Assembly (NCBI GenBank): GCA_947258645.1
Contig: CAMYJL010000002.1
Coordinates: 1 to 38,192 of the forward strand
DNA length: 38,192 nucleotides
Origin: an uncultured Nitrospinota bacterium
GTDB lineage: Bacteria > UBA8248
Direction of reading: 5' to 3'
Shown: piece after piece, positions 22,316-31,953 of the stretch
Numbering within the stretch: the stretch's first letter is position 1
Layout of the letters: each line of letters starts with the position of its first letter
The notes under the pieces: generated by a model
Database searches by the model: none
The model's input: only the letters and a program-made list of their open reading frames with translations
Told to the model about the DNA's origin: nothing
Translations under genes and position numbers: made by a program

Positions 22316-23434
22316 TCAATCTTCTCCCTTCCGGTAGAAAGGGGTTTTGACGACTTTGGCGGCCCGGGCCTTTCCGCGAATGTCCACTTCGATATGACTT
22401 CCCTCTTTCGAATGGGAAATTGGAACGTAGCCGATACCGATGGCTTTGCCAAGCGAGGGACTCATTGTCCCGCTCGTCACGACGCCGCCCGGCTTCCCAT
22501 CGATGAGGATCGGAGCCCCGTGGCGCGGAATGCCCCGGTCGACCATCTCGAACCCGACCAGCTTCCGGGAAAGCCCCTTCTCCCGGAGGGCCATCAGGGC
22601 ATCCCGCCCGATGAAATCCCCGGCCTTGAACTTCACCACCCAGCCGAGCCCGGATTCCAGCGGGTTCGTCGTCTCGTCGATATCGTTTCCGTACAGGGCG
22701 AACTTCATCTCGGTCCGGAGGGTGTCGCGCGCCCCGAGACCGCACGGCTTGAGACCCTTCGAGGCGCCGGCGGCCATCAGCTCCCGCCAGAGATGGGGGG
22801 CGTCCCCGGCGGCGCAGTAGAGCTCAAAACCGTCCTCGCCCGTATAGCCGGTCCGCGAGACAAGCACCTCGCACCCGGCGGGGTTTCGCATCGCGGCCGT
22901 ATAGTACGTAATGGCCCCGAGCTCCCCTCCTCCGGAAATCACAGCCGAGAGAATTTCCTCGGAGCGAGGCCCCTGAAGCGCGAGAAGCCCCGTCTCCCCG
23001 CTCACGTTCCGGAAATTCAAGTCCCCCCCCTCTTTGTGGGAGGACATCCATTCCCAATCCTTCTCGATATTCGCCGCGTTCACCACCGCCATGTAGCGTT
23101 CCGTCCCCAGCCGGTAAACGGTGAGGTCGTCCACAATCCCGCCTTCTTCCCGGCACATCGCGGTGTAAAGCACGACGCCCTCGCCGAGTTTCTTGACGTT
23201 GTTCGTGAAAAGGCGGTGGAAAAACGCCCCCGCTCCCGGTCCCTCGGCTTCGAATTCGCCCATGTGACTGACGTCGAACAACCCCGCCGCACCCCGGACA
23301 GCGTTGTGCTCGTCGATCACGCCCGCGTACTGGACCGGCATCTCATAACCGGCAAACGGAACCATTTTGGCCCCGGCCTCCACGTGAACGTCATATAGAG
23401 ACGTACGAAGGAGCGAACCGCTGGGCTCCGACAT
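22316..23434 (-). CDS. gcvT: Glycine cleavage system aminomethyltransferase
   Basis: FAGYEMPVQY, FDVSHMG, RTGYTGEDGFE, GLGARDTLR.E. Confidence 0.97.
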   Translation of the reverse strand: MSEPSGSLLRTSLYDVHVEAGAKMVPFAGYEMPVQYAGVIDEHNAVRGAAGLFDVSHMGEFEAEGPGAGAFFHRLFTNNVKKLGEGVVLYTAMCREEGGIVDDLTVYRLGTERYMAVVNAANIEKDWEWMSSHKEGGDLNFRNVSGETGLLALQGPRSEEILSAVISGGGELGAITYYTAAMRNPAGCEVLVSRTGYTGEDGFELYCAAGDAPHLWRELMAAGASKGLKPCGLGARDTLRTEMKFALYGNDIDETTNPLESGLGWVVKFKAGDFIGRDALMALREKGLSRKLVGFEMVDRGIPRHGAPILIDGKPGGVVTSGTMSPSLGKAIGIGYVPISHSKEGSHIEVDIRGKARAAKVVKTPFYRKGED

Positions 23435-23623
23435 GGTTCACCTCGATACCGGAATTGAGTTGAAAACGGGCGCGTTGGACCGAGACTTACCGCGTCCCGC
23501 GATGAATTACAACACGCGATACGGAGCAAACCATAGAGCAGGGTCCGGCCGAAAAATTTCTGATATAACAAAATAATATTCAATTATTTACGTCAATTTC
23601 ACCGGGTTCGAATTCTCCCGCCC

Positions 23624-24775
23624 TCAGCCGAAGGCCCGGATTCCCGTCTCGAACCCCGCGATGATGAGCTTTTGAATCTGGCTGGTGCCTTCGTAGATCG
23701 TCGCCACGCGGGCGTCGCGCATGAAGCGCTCGACCGGGTATTCATTGCTGTATCCCATCCCGCCGTGAATCTGGATGGCATCGTTCGCGCACCGGACCGC
23801 CGTTTCGCTGGCCATATACTTGGCGATGCATGTTTCTTTCGTGTTCGGCTTTCCGGCATTTTTCAGCTCGCCCGCGCGGTAGATGAGCAGACGGCTGGAT
23901 TCGATGTCCACCACCATCCGCGCGATGATCTCCTGCACCAGCTGGTGCGCCGCGATCGGCTTGCCGAAGGTGTGCCGCTCCTTGGCGTAGGCGACCGACG
24001 CCTCGAGCGAGCCCTGCGCGATGCCCACGCATCCGGCGGCGACGGAATAGCGGCCATTGTCCAGCGCGGTCATGGCCACCTTGAAGCCGTCCCCCACCCC
24101 GCCCATCAGGGCGTCGTCCGGAACCTCGACGCCGTCCAGATACAGTTCGGCCGTGTTCGAGCTCCGAAGGCCCAGCTTCCCGTGCATGTCCTTGGCGGTG
24201 AAACCCGCTGTGCCGGTCTCGACCAGAAACGCCGCCATCTTTCGCGAATCTTTCCGGTCGGTCTGCGCGATGATGAGGGCGAGCTGGGCGACCCCGCCGT
24301 TGCTGATCCAGATTTTCCGGCCGTCGATCTTCCAGCCGTTTGATGTTTTTTCCGCGAAAGTCTTGAGGTGCTGCACGTCGGAGCCGACGTCGGGTTCGGT
24401 CAGGCCAAAGCAGCCGAGCCACTCGGTTGTGCAGAGCCGGGGCAGGTATTTTTTCTTCTGCTCCTCCGATCCGCATTTGAGAATCGTCGAAGCCACGAGA
24501 GACATCTGGACGGAGAGAACCGTCCGCACCGAGCTGCAGACCTTGCTGATCTCTTCCATCAGGACGGCGTAGGCGATGTAGTCCATCCCCGCGCCGCCGT
24601 AAGCCTCGGGAATCACCCCCCCGTAAAAACCGAGGTCGCCCATCTCCTTCACGATGTCGCCGGGAAAGCGCTCGTCGATATCATTCTGGCGCGCCACGGG
24701 GGCGATCCGCCGCGCGGCGAACTCGGCCGCCATATCCTTCAACAGGCGCTGGGCGTCGTTCAGCTCGAAATCCAT
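23624..24775 (-). CDS. Acyl-CoA dehydrogenase
   Basis: FGLTEPDVGSD, K.WISNG, KLGLR, QIHGGMGY, IYEGTSQIQ (catalytic Glu). Confidence 0.95.
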   Translation of the reverse strand: MDFELNDAQRLLKDMAAEFAARRIAPVARQNDIDERFPGDIVKEMGDLGFYGGVIPEAYGGAGMDYIAYAVLMEEISKVCSSVRTVLSVQMSLVASTILKCGSEEQKKKYLPRLCTTEWLGCFGLTEPDVGSDVQHLKTFAEKTSNGWKIDGRKIWISNGGVAQLALIIAQTDRKDSRKMAAFLVETGTAGFTAKDMHGKLGLRSSNTAELYLDGVEVPDDALMGGVGDGFKVAMTALDNGRYSVAAGCVGIAQGSLEASVAYAKERHTFGKPIAAHQLVQEIIARMVVDIESSRLLIYRAGELKNAGKPNTKETCIAKYMASETAVRCANDAIQIHGGMGYSNEYPVERFMRDARVATIYEGTSQIQKLIIAGFETGIRAFG

Positions 24776-24804
24776 CGTTCTCCGGCCTTCCGGCGCGCTC
24801 CGGA

Positions 24805-25662
24805 TCAGTCTTCGTAGGTGTAGAAGCCGCGCCCGCTCTTCCGGCCCAGATGGCCGGCACGCATCATTTTCTTCAGGAGAAAATTCGGGCGGTAGCGCTG
24901 GTCGCCCAGTTCCCGGTAGAGGGTTTCGGTCTTGGCGAGGTGAATGTCCACCCCGATGAGGTCGATCAGCTCGAGCGGCCCCATCGGCATGCCGCAGCCG
25001 AGCTTCATGGCGGCGTCGATGTCTTCGGCCGATGCCAGCCCCTGCGCGAATACCTCCACCGCCTCGTTCAGCGTTCCGGCCAGCACCCGGCTCCCGATTC
25101 CGGCGGGGCTGTCGAAACGGGCATGGACGGGCTGCTTGCCCAGTTTTTTCGCCAACCCGGCGATCGCCTCCACGGTTTCGGGGGCCGTCCCGATCCCCGG
25201 CATGATCTCGACGAGCTTCATCACCACCGGCGGGTTGAAGAAGTGCATCCCCACCACCTTCTCCGGCCGGGAGGTGGCGGCCGCCATCTCGCTGATGGAA
25301 AGAGAGGTCGTGTTCGAGGCGAAGATCGCATGCTCGGGCGCGGTCTCGTCGAGCGCGGCGAGGATTTTTTTCTTGATCGCCATGTCCTCGAAGATCGCCT
25401 CGACGACAACATCCACATCGGACGCCGCGCCGTATCCGGTTCCGCGGGCGATGCGCCCGATGATGGCGTCCTTGTCCCCGGCGCTCATCTTTCCCTGATC
25501 CACGCGCCTCGCGAGGCGCTTCTCAAGACCCGCAACAGCCTTCGTCACAATTTCTTCCGTCTGGTCCGTCAGGGTGACCGGGATGCCGCTCTGCGCGAAA
25601 AGCTGGGCGATGCCCGCGCCCATCGTCCCGGCGCCCACCACCATCGCCTTGTTGAATTCCAT
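24805..25662 (-). CDS. 3-hydroxybutyryl-CoA/3-hydroxyacyl-CoA dehydrogenase
   Basis: GAGTMG, EAIFE...K, SNTTS, HFFNP, PMGP..L.D.IG, GRKSGRGFY. Confidence 0.93.
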   Translation of the reverse strand: MEFNKAMVVGAGTMGAGIAQLFAQSGIPVTLTDQTEEIVTKAVAGLEKRLARRVDQGKMSAGDKDAIIGRIARGTGYGAASDVDVVVEAIFEDMAIKKKILAALDETAPEHAIFASNTTSLSISEMAAATSRPEKVVGMHFFNPPVVMKLVEIMPGIGTAPETVEAIAGLAKKLGKQPVHARFDSPAGIGSRVLAGTLNEAVEVFAQGLASAEDIDAAMKLGCGMPMGPLELIDLIGVDIHLAKTETLYRELGDQRYRPNFLLKKMMRAGHLGRKSGRGFYTYED

Positions 25663-25686
25663 CTCCGCCTCCGAAAGATAAAACCG

Positions 25687-26874
25687 TTACGAGTCCACCC
25701 GCTGCACCACGACAGCCACGCCCTGCCCGCCGCCGATGCAGGCGCTCACGACGCCGAGCTCTTCGCCGCGCTGTTTGAGAGCGCTCAGGCAGGTAGCGAT
25801 GATCTTGCCGCCCGTCGCGCCGACGGGATGGCCGAGGGCGATCGCGCCGCCGTGGACATTCAGCTTGTTCCTGTCCCACTTGAGCTCGCGCTCGCACGCA
25901 ATAATCTGGGACGCGAACGCCTCGTTCACCTCAATGAGATCCATGTCGCCGAGACCGAGCCCGGCCTTTTCGAGCGCCGCAGGAATCGCCGTCACGGGGC
26001 CCAGCCCCATGTACTTCGGCTCAACGCCCGTCGAGGCGTATCCGCGCAGGATCGCGATGGGCTTCAGGCCCAGCTCGTCCGCCTTTTCCCGCGAGGCGAG
26101 AATGAGCGCCGAGCCGGCGTCGGCCTGGGTGCAGGCGTTCCCGGCGGTGACGGAGCCGTGCTTGTCAAAAACGGGCTTGAGCTTGCCGAGCTTTTCCATC
26201 GAGAGCCCCGCGCGAGGCGTCTCGTCCTTATCGAAAACCGTGACGTTCCCTTTTCGATCCTTCATCTCGACGGCGACGGTCTCATCGGCGAACTTTCCGC
26301 CCTCGATCGCGGCCTGCGCCTTCTCCTGGCTCTCGAGCGCGAATTCGTCCTGCTCCTCGCGCGTGATGTTGAATCGCTCGACGAGATTCTCCGCCGTAAC
26401 GCCCATGAGCTCGCCCGCCAGAGGGCACATGTAGCCGTCCTTGTAAATGAGGTCCAAAAATTCGGCGTGGCCGAAGCGGTTACCCCACCGCGCGCCCTGC
26501 TGGATGTAGGGCACGTTGGTCGTGCTCTCGGCCCCGCCCGCGAGGACAACGTCGGCGTCCCCGGCACGGATGGCCTGTGCCCCCAGCGCCGCCGCCTTGA
26601 TGCTCGAGCCGCACCGCTTGTTCACCGTGAAGGCGGGAACATCGACCGGAAGGCCCGCGCCGACGGTGATGAGGCGGGCCGAGTTGGGCCCCACGCCCGC
26701 CTGCCAGCCGTTTCCGATGATGACTTCGTCGAAATGCTCCGCCGGAACGCCCGATCGGCGGATGGCCTCTTTCGCCGCGTGAACGCCGAGGTCGACCACG
26801 CTCAGACTCTTCAGCGAGCCGCCGAACGCGCCGCCCGCGGTCCGCACGCTGCTCAAAATAACCACATCTCTCAT
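25687..26874 (-). CDS. Acetyl-CoA C-acyltransferase (thiolase)
   Basis: NKRCGSS (catalytic Cys), NEAFA, GGAIALGHPVG, ACIGGGQG. Confidence 0.96.
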   Translation of the reverse strand: MRDVVILSSVRTAGGAFGGSLKSLSVVDLGVHAAKEAIRRSGVPAEHFDEVIIGNGWQAGVGPNSARLITVGAGLPVDVPAFTVNKRCGSSIKAAALGAQAIRAGDADVVLAGGAESTTNVPYIQQGARWGNRFGHAEFLDLIYKDGYMCPLAGELMGVTAENLVERFNITREEQDEFALESQEKAQAAIEGGKFADETVAVEMKDRKGNVTVFDKDETPRAGLSMEKLGKLKPVFDKHGSVTAGNACTQADAGSALILASREKADELGLKPIAILRGYASTGVEPKYMGLGPVTAIPAALEKAGLGLGDMDLIEVNEAFASQIIACERELKWDRNKLNVHGGAIALGHPVGATGGKIIATCLSALKQRGEELGVVSACIGGGQGVAVVVQRVDS

Positions 26875-26911
26875 CTGAATCCGCTCCTATGACGATATCA
26901 GGCCGCCCGGC

Positions 26912-26924
26912 GTGAATCATTCAC
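26912..26924. promoter_or_regulatory. Palindrome GTGAAT-C-ATTCAC, candidate operator upstream of the thiolase operon
   Basis: Perfect 6-bp arms, nested inside a 9-bp inverted repeat (CAGGCCGCC 26899-26907 / GGCGGCCTG 26930-26938). Confidence 0.35.
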
Positions 26925-27037
26925 TTTGCGGCGGCCTGGAGGGAATTTCCCGGGTGGCGGGAGGCAGTTTGGGCTCCCAAGCCCTTATGTCACACCGGAT
27001 TGCGGACGGCAAGAAGGGGTCCGGCGGGGGGACTGAT

Positions 27038-28033
27038 TCAGCCTCGGGGGCGCTGCGGAAGGTTTTCCGCCGCCCGTTCCCGCAGCTTCTCCAGCGCGTC
27101 CAGAAAATCCGGCGGCGGCTCGGCTTCATACGCCATCGATTCGCCGCTCACCGTGTGGTCGAACCCGAGGCGGTAGGCGTGGAGCGCCTGGCGCTGGATC
27201 AGGCTGTCGAAGCGGGTGTCGTGCACCCGGTTCCCGGGACGGGGGAGCCGCCCGCCCCCGTAGAGGGGATCGCCGATGACCGGATGGCCGATATGGTTGA
27301 GGTGCACCCTGATCTGATGCGTCCTCCCCGTCTCCAGGCGAACGATCAAAAGGGCCGCCCCCTCCAGGACTTCATGGACCTGGTAGTGCGTCACGGCCTC
27401 CCGCCCGTTTTTTTTCACGACCGCCATGGCCGTCCGGTGCGTCGGATGGCGGCCGATGGGCGCGTCGATCGTCCCGCGCCCGAGCGCCGGGACGCCCTTC
27501 ACCAGCGCCATGTAGCGCCGCCGGATGCGGCGGGCCTTGAGCGCCTCCGAGAGCCGCCGGTGCACGAGGTCCGACTTCGCGACGAGGAGGAGCCCCGAGG
27601 TGTCCTTGTCGAGGCGGTGGACGATGCCGGGCCGCTCCACCCCGCCGATACCCGAAAGCTGGCCGCGGCAATGATGGAGGAGCGCCCCCACAAGCGTTCC
27701 CGTGCGCCGCCCCGCGCCGGGGTGAACCACCATGCCGGGCGGCTTGTTCACAACGAGAAGATGCTCGTCCTCAAAACGGATATCGAGGGGGATGTTCTCG
27801 GGGTCGAGACGATGCGGCTCCGGCGGGGGGACGCGGACCTCCACCTTCGCCCCCGGCGAGACTTTCTGGCTGACTTTCCGGGCCGTTCTTCCGGCCAGCT
27901 GAACGCAGCCCTCGCGGATGAGCGCCTGAAGCCGCGCGCGGGAAAGATCGGCGATGTTCTCGTGAAGAAAGGCGTCGAGCCGCGGCGCGCCGGCCTCGCA
28001 CGTCAGGAGAATGCGCTTTTCCAAACTTTTCAC
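27038..28033 (-). CDS. rluD: RluA/RluD-family 23S rRNA pseudouridine synthase with N-terminal S4 domain
   Basis: RLD.FL...SR..LQ.LI, NKPPGMVVHP, HRLDKDTSG, TGRTHQIRVH, QALHA. Confidence 0.9.
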   Translation of the reverse strand: MKSLEKRILLTCEAGAPRLDAFLHENIADLSRARLQALIREGCVQLAGRTARKVSQKVSPGAKVEVRVPPPEPHRLDPENIPLDIRFEDEHLLVVNKPPGMVVHPGAGRRTGTLVGALLHHCRGQLSGIGGVERPGIVHRLDKDTSGLLLVAKSDLVHRRLSEALKARRIRRRYMALVKGVPALGRGTIDAPIGRHPTHRTAMAVVKKNGREAVTHYQVHEVLEGAALLIVRLETGRTHQIRVHLNHIGHPVIGDPLYGGGRLPRPGNRVHDTRFDSLIQRQALHAYRLGFDHTVSGESMAYEAEPPPDFLDALEKLRERAAENLPQRPRG

Positions 28034-28041
28034 GCCGTTTC

Positions 28042-28566
28042 CTATACCTTCACCAGCGAGGCGACGAGGCGCGTCCGCCGGTAGACCGTCCCGCGCACGC
28101 TATCTCCCCCGGCGAGGATGTCATGGTAGCCCTTTCCCGCGCGGAACCACCCTTCGGGAATCTCGAGACCCGTTCCGTAGGCCAGCGGCCGGTGATCGCC
28201 CCCGCGCTCGATCCGAAGATAATGCCGATCCGCGAGAAAAAAGAGTTTGAACCGGAAAAGAGAAGCGCTCTTTCCCGCGACCTGGCCCTCAAAGGAGACG
28301 GGCTGGCCGAGCAAATCAAGCAGCGCGAGGCCGCCCATATAAGCCGATACCAGGAAAACCATCAGAACAACGGTGTAGCCTGCCGGCGCGTAGCCTTTCC
28401 ACATTCCAGCGTAGAAAAATCCCGCCGCCAGCAAACAGAGAAACAACAGCGCGCCCCAGAACGCGCAGGCATTTTTGAGATGATGGCGGGCATATCCCCT
28501 GGCCGCCACGACCGGAGCGACGGAAGGCGTCTCCCCCCCGGACCGATCGCTGGGAAAAGAGAACAT
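28042..28566 (-). CDS. Hypothetical membrane protein (two TM helices plus soluble beta-rich C-terminus)
   Basis: 174 aa from the ATG at 28566, 4 nt after the lspA stop. Two hydrophobic stretches. Fits tightly between lspA and rluD. Confidence 0.7.
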   Translation of the reverse strand: MFSFPSDRSGGETPSVAPVVAARGYARHHLKNACAFWGALLFLCLLAAGFFYAGMWKGYAPAGYTVVLMVFLVSAYMGGLALLDLLGQPVSFEGQVAGKSASLFRFKLFFLADRHYLRIERGGDHRPLAYGTGLEIPEGWFRAGKGYHDILAGGDSVRGTVYRRTRLVASLVKV

Positions 28567-28570
28567 GGCC

Positions 28571-29089
28571 TCAGCCGCTCTTACCTTCGTCGGCCCCGGC
28601 CGGATCCCCACCGGAATCCCGGAAGATGTCGATAGCCAGAAGAACGACCCCGACGCTGATGCACGAATCGGCCAGGTTGAACGCGGGCCAGTAATAGTCG
28701 CGGTAGTAGAGGAGGAGGAAATCGATCACCTCGCCGGTGGTCGCCCGGTCCACCAGGTTTCCCAGACCTCCCCCGAAGATCAGGAACAGGCTGAAGCGGC
28801 TCCACCGGTTTTCCGGCGGGTTGTAGCGGTAGAGATAAAAAACAAAAGCGAGGGCGCCGATCGTCGCCACGATGAAAAACACCCGCCCCCAAACCGGCGG
28901 CAGCCCGGCGAGCAGGCTGAACGCCCCGCCCCGGTTCCGCAGATAGGTGATGTTGAAATACCCGGGAATGACGACAAGGCTCTCGCCGAGCCTGAAGTTC
29001 GAGACCAGAATCCATTTGACGATCTGGTCCGCCACGGCGAGCAGGACCGAGACGCTCACGAAGAGCGGGAGCGAGGTTTTTTTCTTCAC
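28571..29089 (-). CDS. lspA: Lipoprotein signal peptidase (SPase II)
   Basis: ADQIVK, NRGGAFS, GGLGNLVDR, VIDF, FNLADS. GTG at 29089 overlaps the ileS stop (GTGA). Confidence 0.95.
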   Translation of the reverse strand: MKKKTSLPLFVSVSVLLAVADQIVKWILVSNFRLGESLVVIPGYFNITYLRNRGGAFSLLAGLPPVWGRVFFIVATIGALAFVFYLYRYNPPENRWSRFSLFLIFGGGLGNLVDRATTGEVIDFLLLYYRDYYWPAFNLADSCISVGVVLLAIDIFRDSGGDPAGADEGKSG

Positions 29090-31938
29090 GAAAGCTTCTG
29101 GGCCGCGATGCGGGCGCAGCGGGCGGAGAGATCCGGAAAGCGCGGGTCGGAACCCACGTCCTCGGAGATTTTCCAGGACATGGCGCACTTCGCTCCGCTT
29201 GCCTCGCTCACTTCCACGGCGAGACCTTCGACCTCTTCGCTGCGGAAGGCGCCGTTCGGGGGCGCTTCTCCGGCGGAGGCGAGCTTCGCGCCCGAGACGA
29301 TGAAGACATCTTCCATCAGGCCCTCCAGCGGAGCGAGATTTTCGCGCATCTTTCCGGGCGCGAACACGCGCACCTGAAAATTCAGGGAACTCCCCTTCCC
29401 TTTGCCTTCCTGCTTCTGGCGGGTTTCCTCCAAGGCTTTCAGGACTTCCGCGCGAACCTGGAGGAGCGGCTCCCACTTTTCTTCCAGGGCGTCGTCCCGC
29501 CGCGCGGGGTCCGCTTCGGGCATGGGCGCGAGATGAACGCTCTCCCCGTACGCCATCGGGGTCCGCCGGTAGGCTTCCTCGGACGTGAACGTGAGGATGG
29601 GCGCCATCAGCCGGAGGAGAACGTCGAGAATCTCGTGCATCGTCGTCATGCCCGCTATCCGATCCGCGCCATCGGGCAGTGCGATGTAGATGCGGTCCTT
29701 GAGGACATCGAGGTAGAGGGCCGACAGGTCCACCGCGCAGAAATTGTTGAGTGCGTGATAGACGAGGTGGAACTCGTAGTCGTCGTAGGCTTTCCGAACG
29801 CGCTCGATGAGCCGTTCGAGGCGGCTGACGATGAGTCGGTCGATCTCGGGGCGCTCCGCGAGCGGCACCGAATCGGTCTCGGGGTTGAAATCCTCGTAAT
29901 CGTGCAGGTTGCCGAGCAGGAAGCGGCAGGTGTTCCGAATCCGCCGGTAGGCCTCGGCCAGCCGCGTCAGGATCTCCTGCGAGATGCGAATGTCCTCGCG
30001 GTAGTTCTCGCCCGCCACCCAGAGACGGAGCACCTCGGCGCCGTACTTCTTGATGACCTCCTCGGGGGCCATCGCGTTGCCGATGCTCTTGCTCATCTTG
30101 CGGCCGTTTCCGTCCACGACGTAGCCGTGTGTGAGGACTTCCTTGTAGGGCGCTGCGCCCCGCACGCCCACGGCGGCCAGAAGGGAGCTGTGGAACCAGC
30201 CCCGGTGCTGATCGCTGCCCTCGAGATACATGTCGGCGGGCCAGGTGAGATCGGGGTTTTTCTCCATGACGGCGGCCTGGCTCACCCCCGAGTCGAACCA
30301 GACGTCGAGGATGTCCATCTCTTTCGTGAATTCCTTCCCGCCGCAGGAAGGGCACTCGAAGCCGGCGGGCAGAAGCTCCCCGGCCTCTTTCTCGAACCAG
30401 ATGTCGGCCCCCGCCTCTTCCATCTGATCGGCGACGTGGCGGGCGACCCCGCCGTCGACGACAACATGGCTGCACCCCGCGCAGTGGAACGCCACGATGG
30501 GGACGCCCCAGGAGCGCTGGCGCGAGATACACCAGTCGGGCCGGTTTTCGATCATCCCGTAGATGCGCTCCTCGCCCCAGTGCGGGACCCATTTCACCTT
30601 GCGGATCTCATCGAGCGATTTTTTTCGCAAATCGCCGTGCTCCATCGAGATGAACCACTGCGGCGTCGCGCGGAAGATGGTGGGCCGGTGGCTCCGCCAG
30701 TCGTGGGGATAGGGATGGGGATAATCCTCGACCGCGAAGAGCCTTCCCCTCTCGCGGAGGAGTTCGATGATCTTCGGGTCGGCATCGAAGACGAACTGGC
30801 CCGAGAAGTGCTCGACGTCGGAGGTGAACTTCCCGTCGTCGCCCACCGGACTGTACACCTCGAGGCCGTGTTTGAGGCCCGTTTCGTAGTCCTCGCGCCC
30901 GTGACCCGGCGCCGTGTGGACGACGCCCGTCCCCTGATCGAGCGTGACATAAGTGGCCGTGACGACGAGCGAGTCGCGGTCGATCCAGGCGTGGCGCGCA
31001 TGGAGCCCTTCGAGGGAAGCGCCGGAGAAGGTGGCGACCTTCTCGAACGCACCCGCTTCATTCCCGGACAGCTCGGCCAGCTTCGGCAGGAAGTACTCGT
31101 GGAAGATCAGAACCTCATCGCCATGCTGGAACACGCCGTATTCGAGCGCGGGGCTGAAAGCGAGCGCAAGATTCGCCGGGAGGGTCCAGGGCGTCGTCGT
31201 CCAGATGAGCACCGAGGGATTCCGGCCTTTCAGGTGGCCCTTCAGCTCGGGAACTTTCTCTTCCCACTCCCCGGCCTGATCGCCCGAGATCGGAAAACGC
31301 ACGTAGATGCTCTGCGTCGTGACGTCTTCGTATTCCACCTCGGCTTCGGCCAGCGCCGTCCGGAGGCCAGGCGCCCAGTGGACGGGCTTCAGGCCGAGAT
31401 AGACGTTGCCGTTTTCCATGAAACTCGCCAATTCGCGCACGGTGTCCGCCTCGTAGGCGTAGTTCATAGTGAGATAGGGGCGGCCCCAGTCGCCGAACAC
31501 GCCCAGGCGCTTGAACTCCTCGCGCTGGATGTCGATGAACTTCTCGGCGTAGGCGCGGCACATCCGCCGCTTCTCGGCGGCGTCGATCTCGAAGCGCCGC
31601 TTGCCGAGCTCCTTGTCCACCTGATGCTCGATGGGCAGGCCGTGGCAGTCCCAGCCCGGAACATAGACCGCGTTGAAGCCCGACATCTGCTTCGCCTTGA
31701 CGATGATGTCCTTTAAAATCTTGTTGAGGACGGTCCCCATGTGAATGTGGCCGTTGGCGTAGGGGGGGCCGTCGTGGAGGATGTACTTTTCCCGATCGGC
31801 CGCGGCCGCGCGCAGCTTTTCGTACAGCCCCGCCTCCGCCCACGAGGCGAGCATCTCGGGCTCGCGCTGGGGGAGGTTCCCCTTCATGGGGAAGGAGGTT
31901 TTCGGGAGGTTGAGCAGTTCCTTGTAATCGGTCGCCAT
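29086..31938 (-). CDS. ileS: Isoleucine--tRNA ligase (type 1)
   Basis: LHDGPPYANG, GWDCHGLPIE, WTTTPWT, DWCISRQR, EGSDQHRGWF, KMSKS. Confidence 0.98.
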   Translation of the reverse strand: MATDYKELLNLPKTSFPMKGNLPQREPEMLASWAEAGLYEKLRAAAADREKYILHDGPPYANGHIHMGTVLNKILKDIIVKAKQMSGFNAVYVPGWDCHGLPIEHQVDKELGKRRFEIDAAEKRRMCRAYAEKFIDIQREEFKRLGVFGDWGRPYLTMNYAYEADTVRELASFMENGNVYLGLKPVHWAPGLRTALAEAEVEYEDVTTQSIYVRFPISGDQAGEWEEKVPELKGHLKGRNPSVLIWTTTPWTLPANLALAFSPALEYGVFQHGDEVLIFHEYFLPKLAELSGNEAGAFEKVATFSGASLEGLHARHAWIDRDSLVVTATYVTLDQGTGVVHTAPGHGREDYETGLKHGLEVYSPVGDDGKFTSDVEHFSGQFVFDADPKIIELLRERGRLFAVEDYPHPYPHDWRSHRPTIFRATPQWFISMEHGDLRKKSLDEIRKVKWVPHWGEERIYGMIENRPDWCISRQRSWGVPIVAFHCAGCSHVVVDGGVARHVADQMEEAGADIWFEKEAGELLPAGFECPSCGGKEFTKEMDILDVWFDSGVSQAAVMEKNPDLTWPADMYLEGSDQHRGWFHSSLLAAVGVRGAAPYKEVLTHGYVVDGNGRKMSKSIGNAMAPEEVIKKYGAEVLRLWVAGENYREDIRISQEILTRLAEAYRRIRNTCRFLLGNLHDYEDFNPETDSVPLAERPEIDRLIVSRLERLIERVRKAYDDYEFHLVYHALNNFCAVDLSALYLDVLKDRIYIALPDGADRIAGMTTMHEILDVLLRLMAPILTFTSEEAYRRTPMAYGESVHLAPMPEADPARRDDALEEKWEPLLQVRAEVLKALEETRQKQEGKGKGSSLNFQVRVFAPGKMRENLAPLEGLMEDVFIVSGAKLASAGEAPPNGAFRSEEVEGLAVEVSEASGAKCAMSWKISEDVGSDPRFPDLSARCARIAAQKLS

Positions 31939-31953
31939 CTTTTTCCTTATCGC

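Noticed and set aside
23435-23623. Glycine riboswitch upstream of gcvT
   Set aside because: No GGAGA...CCGAAG...CTCTCAGG pattern on the coding strand.
28571-30592. 673-aa ORF suggesting a long LspA fusion overlapping ileS
   Set aside because: The first 500 codons are R/G/P-rich off-frame sequence inside ileS; lspA starts at 29089. The same applies to the N-terminal extensions of hisD, hisB, rho and the site-2 protease.
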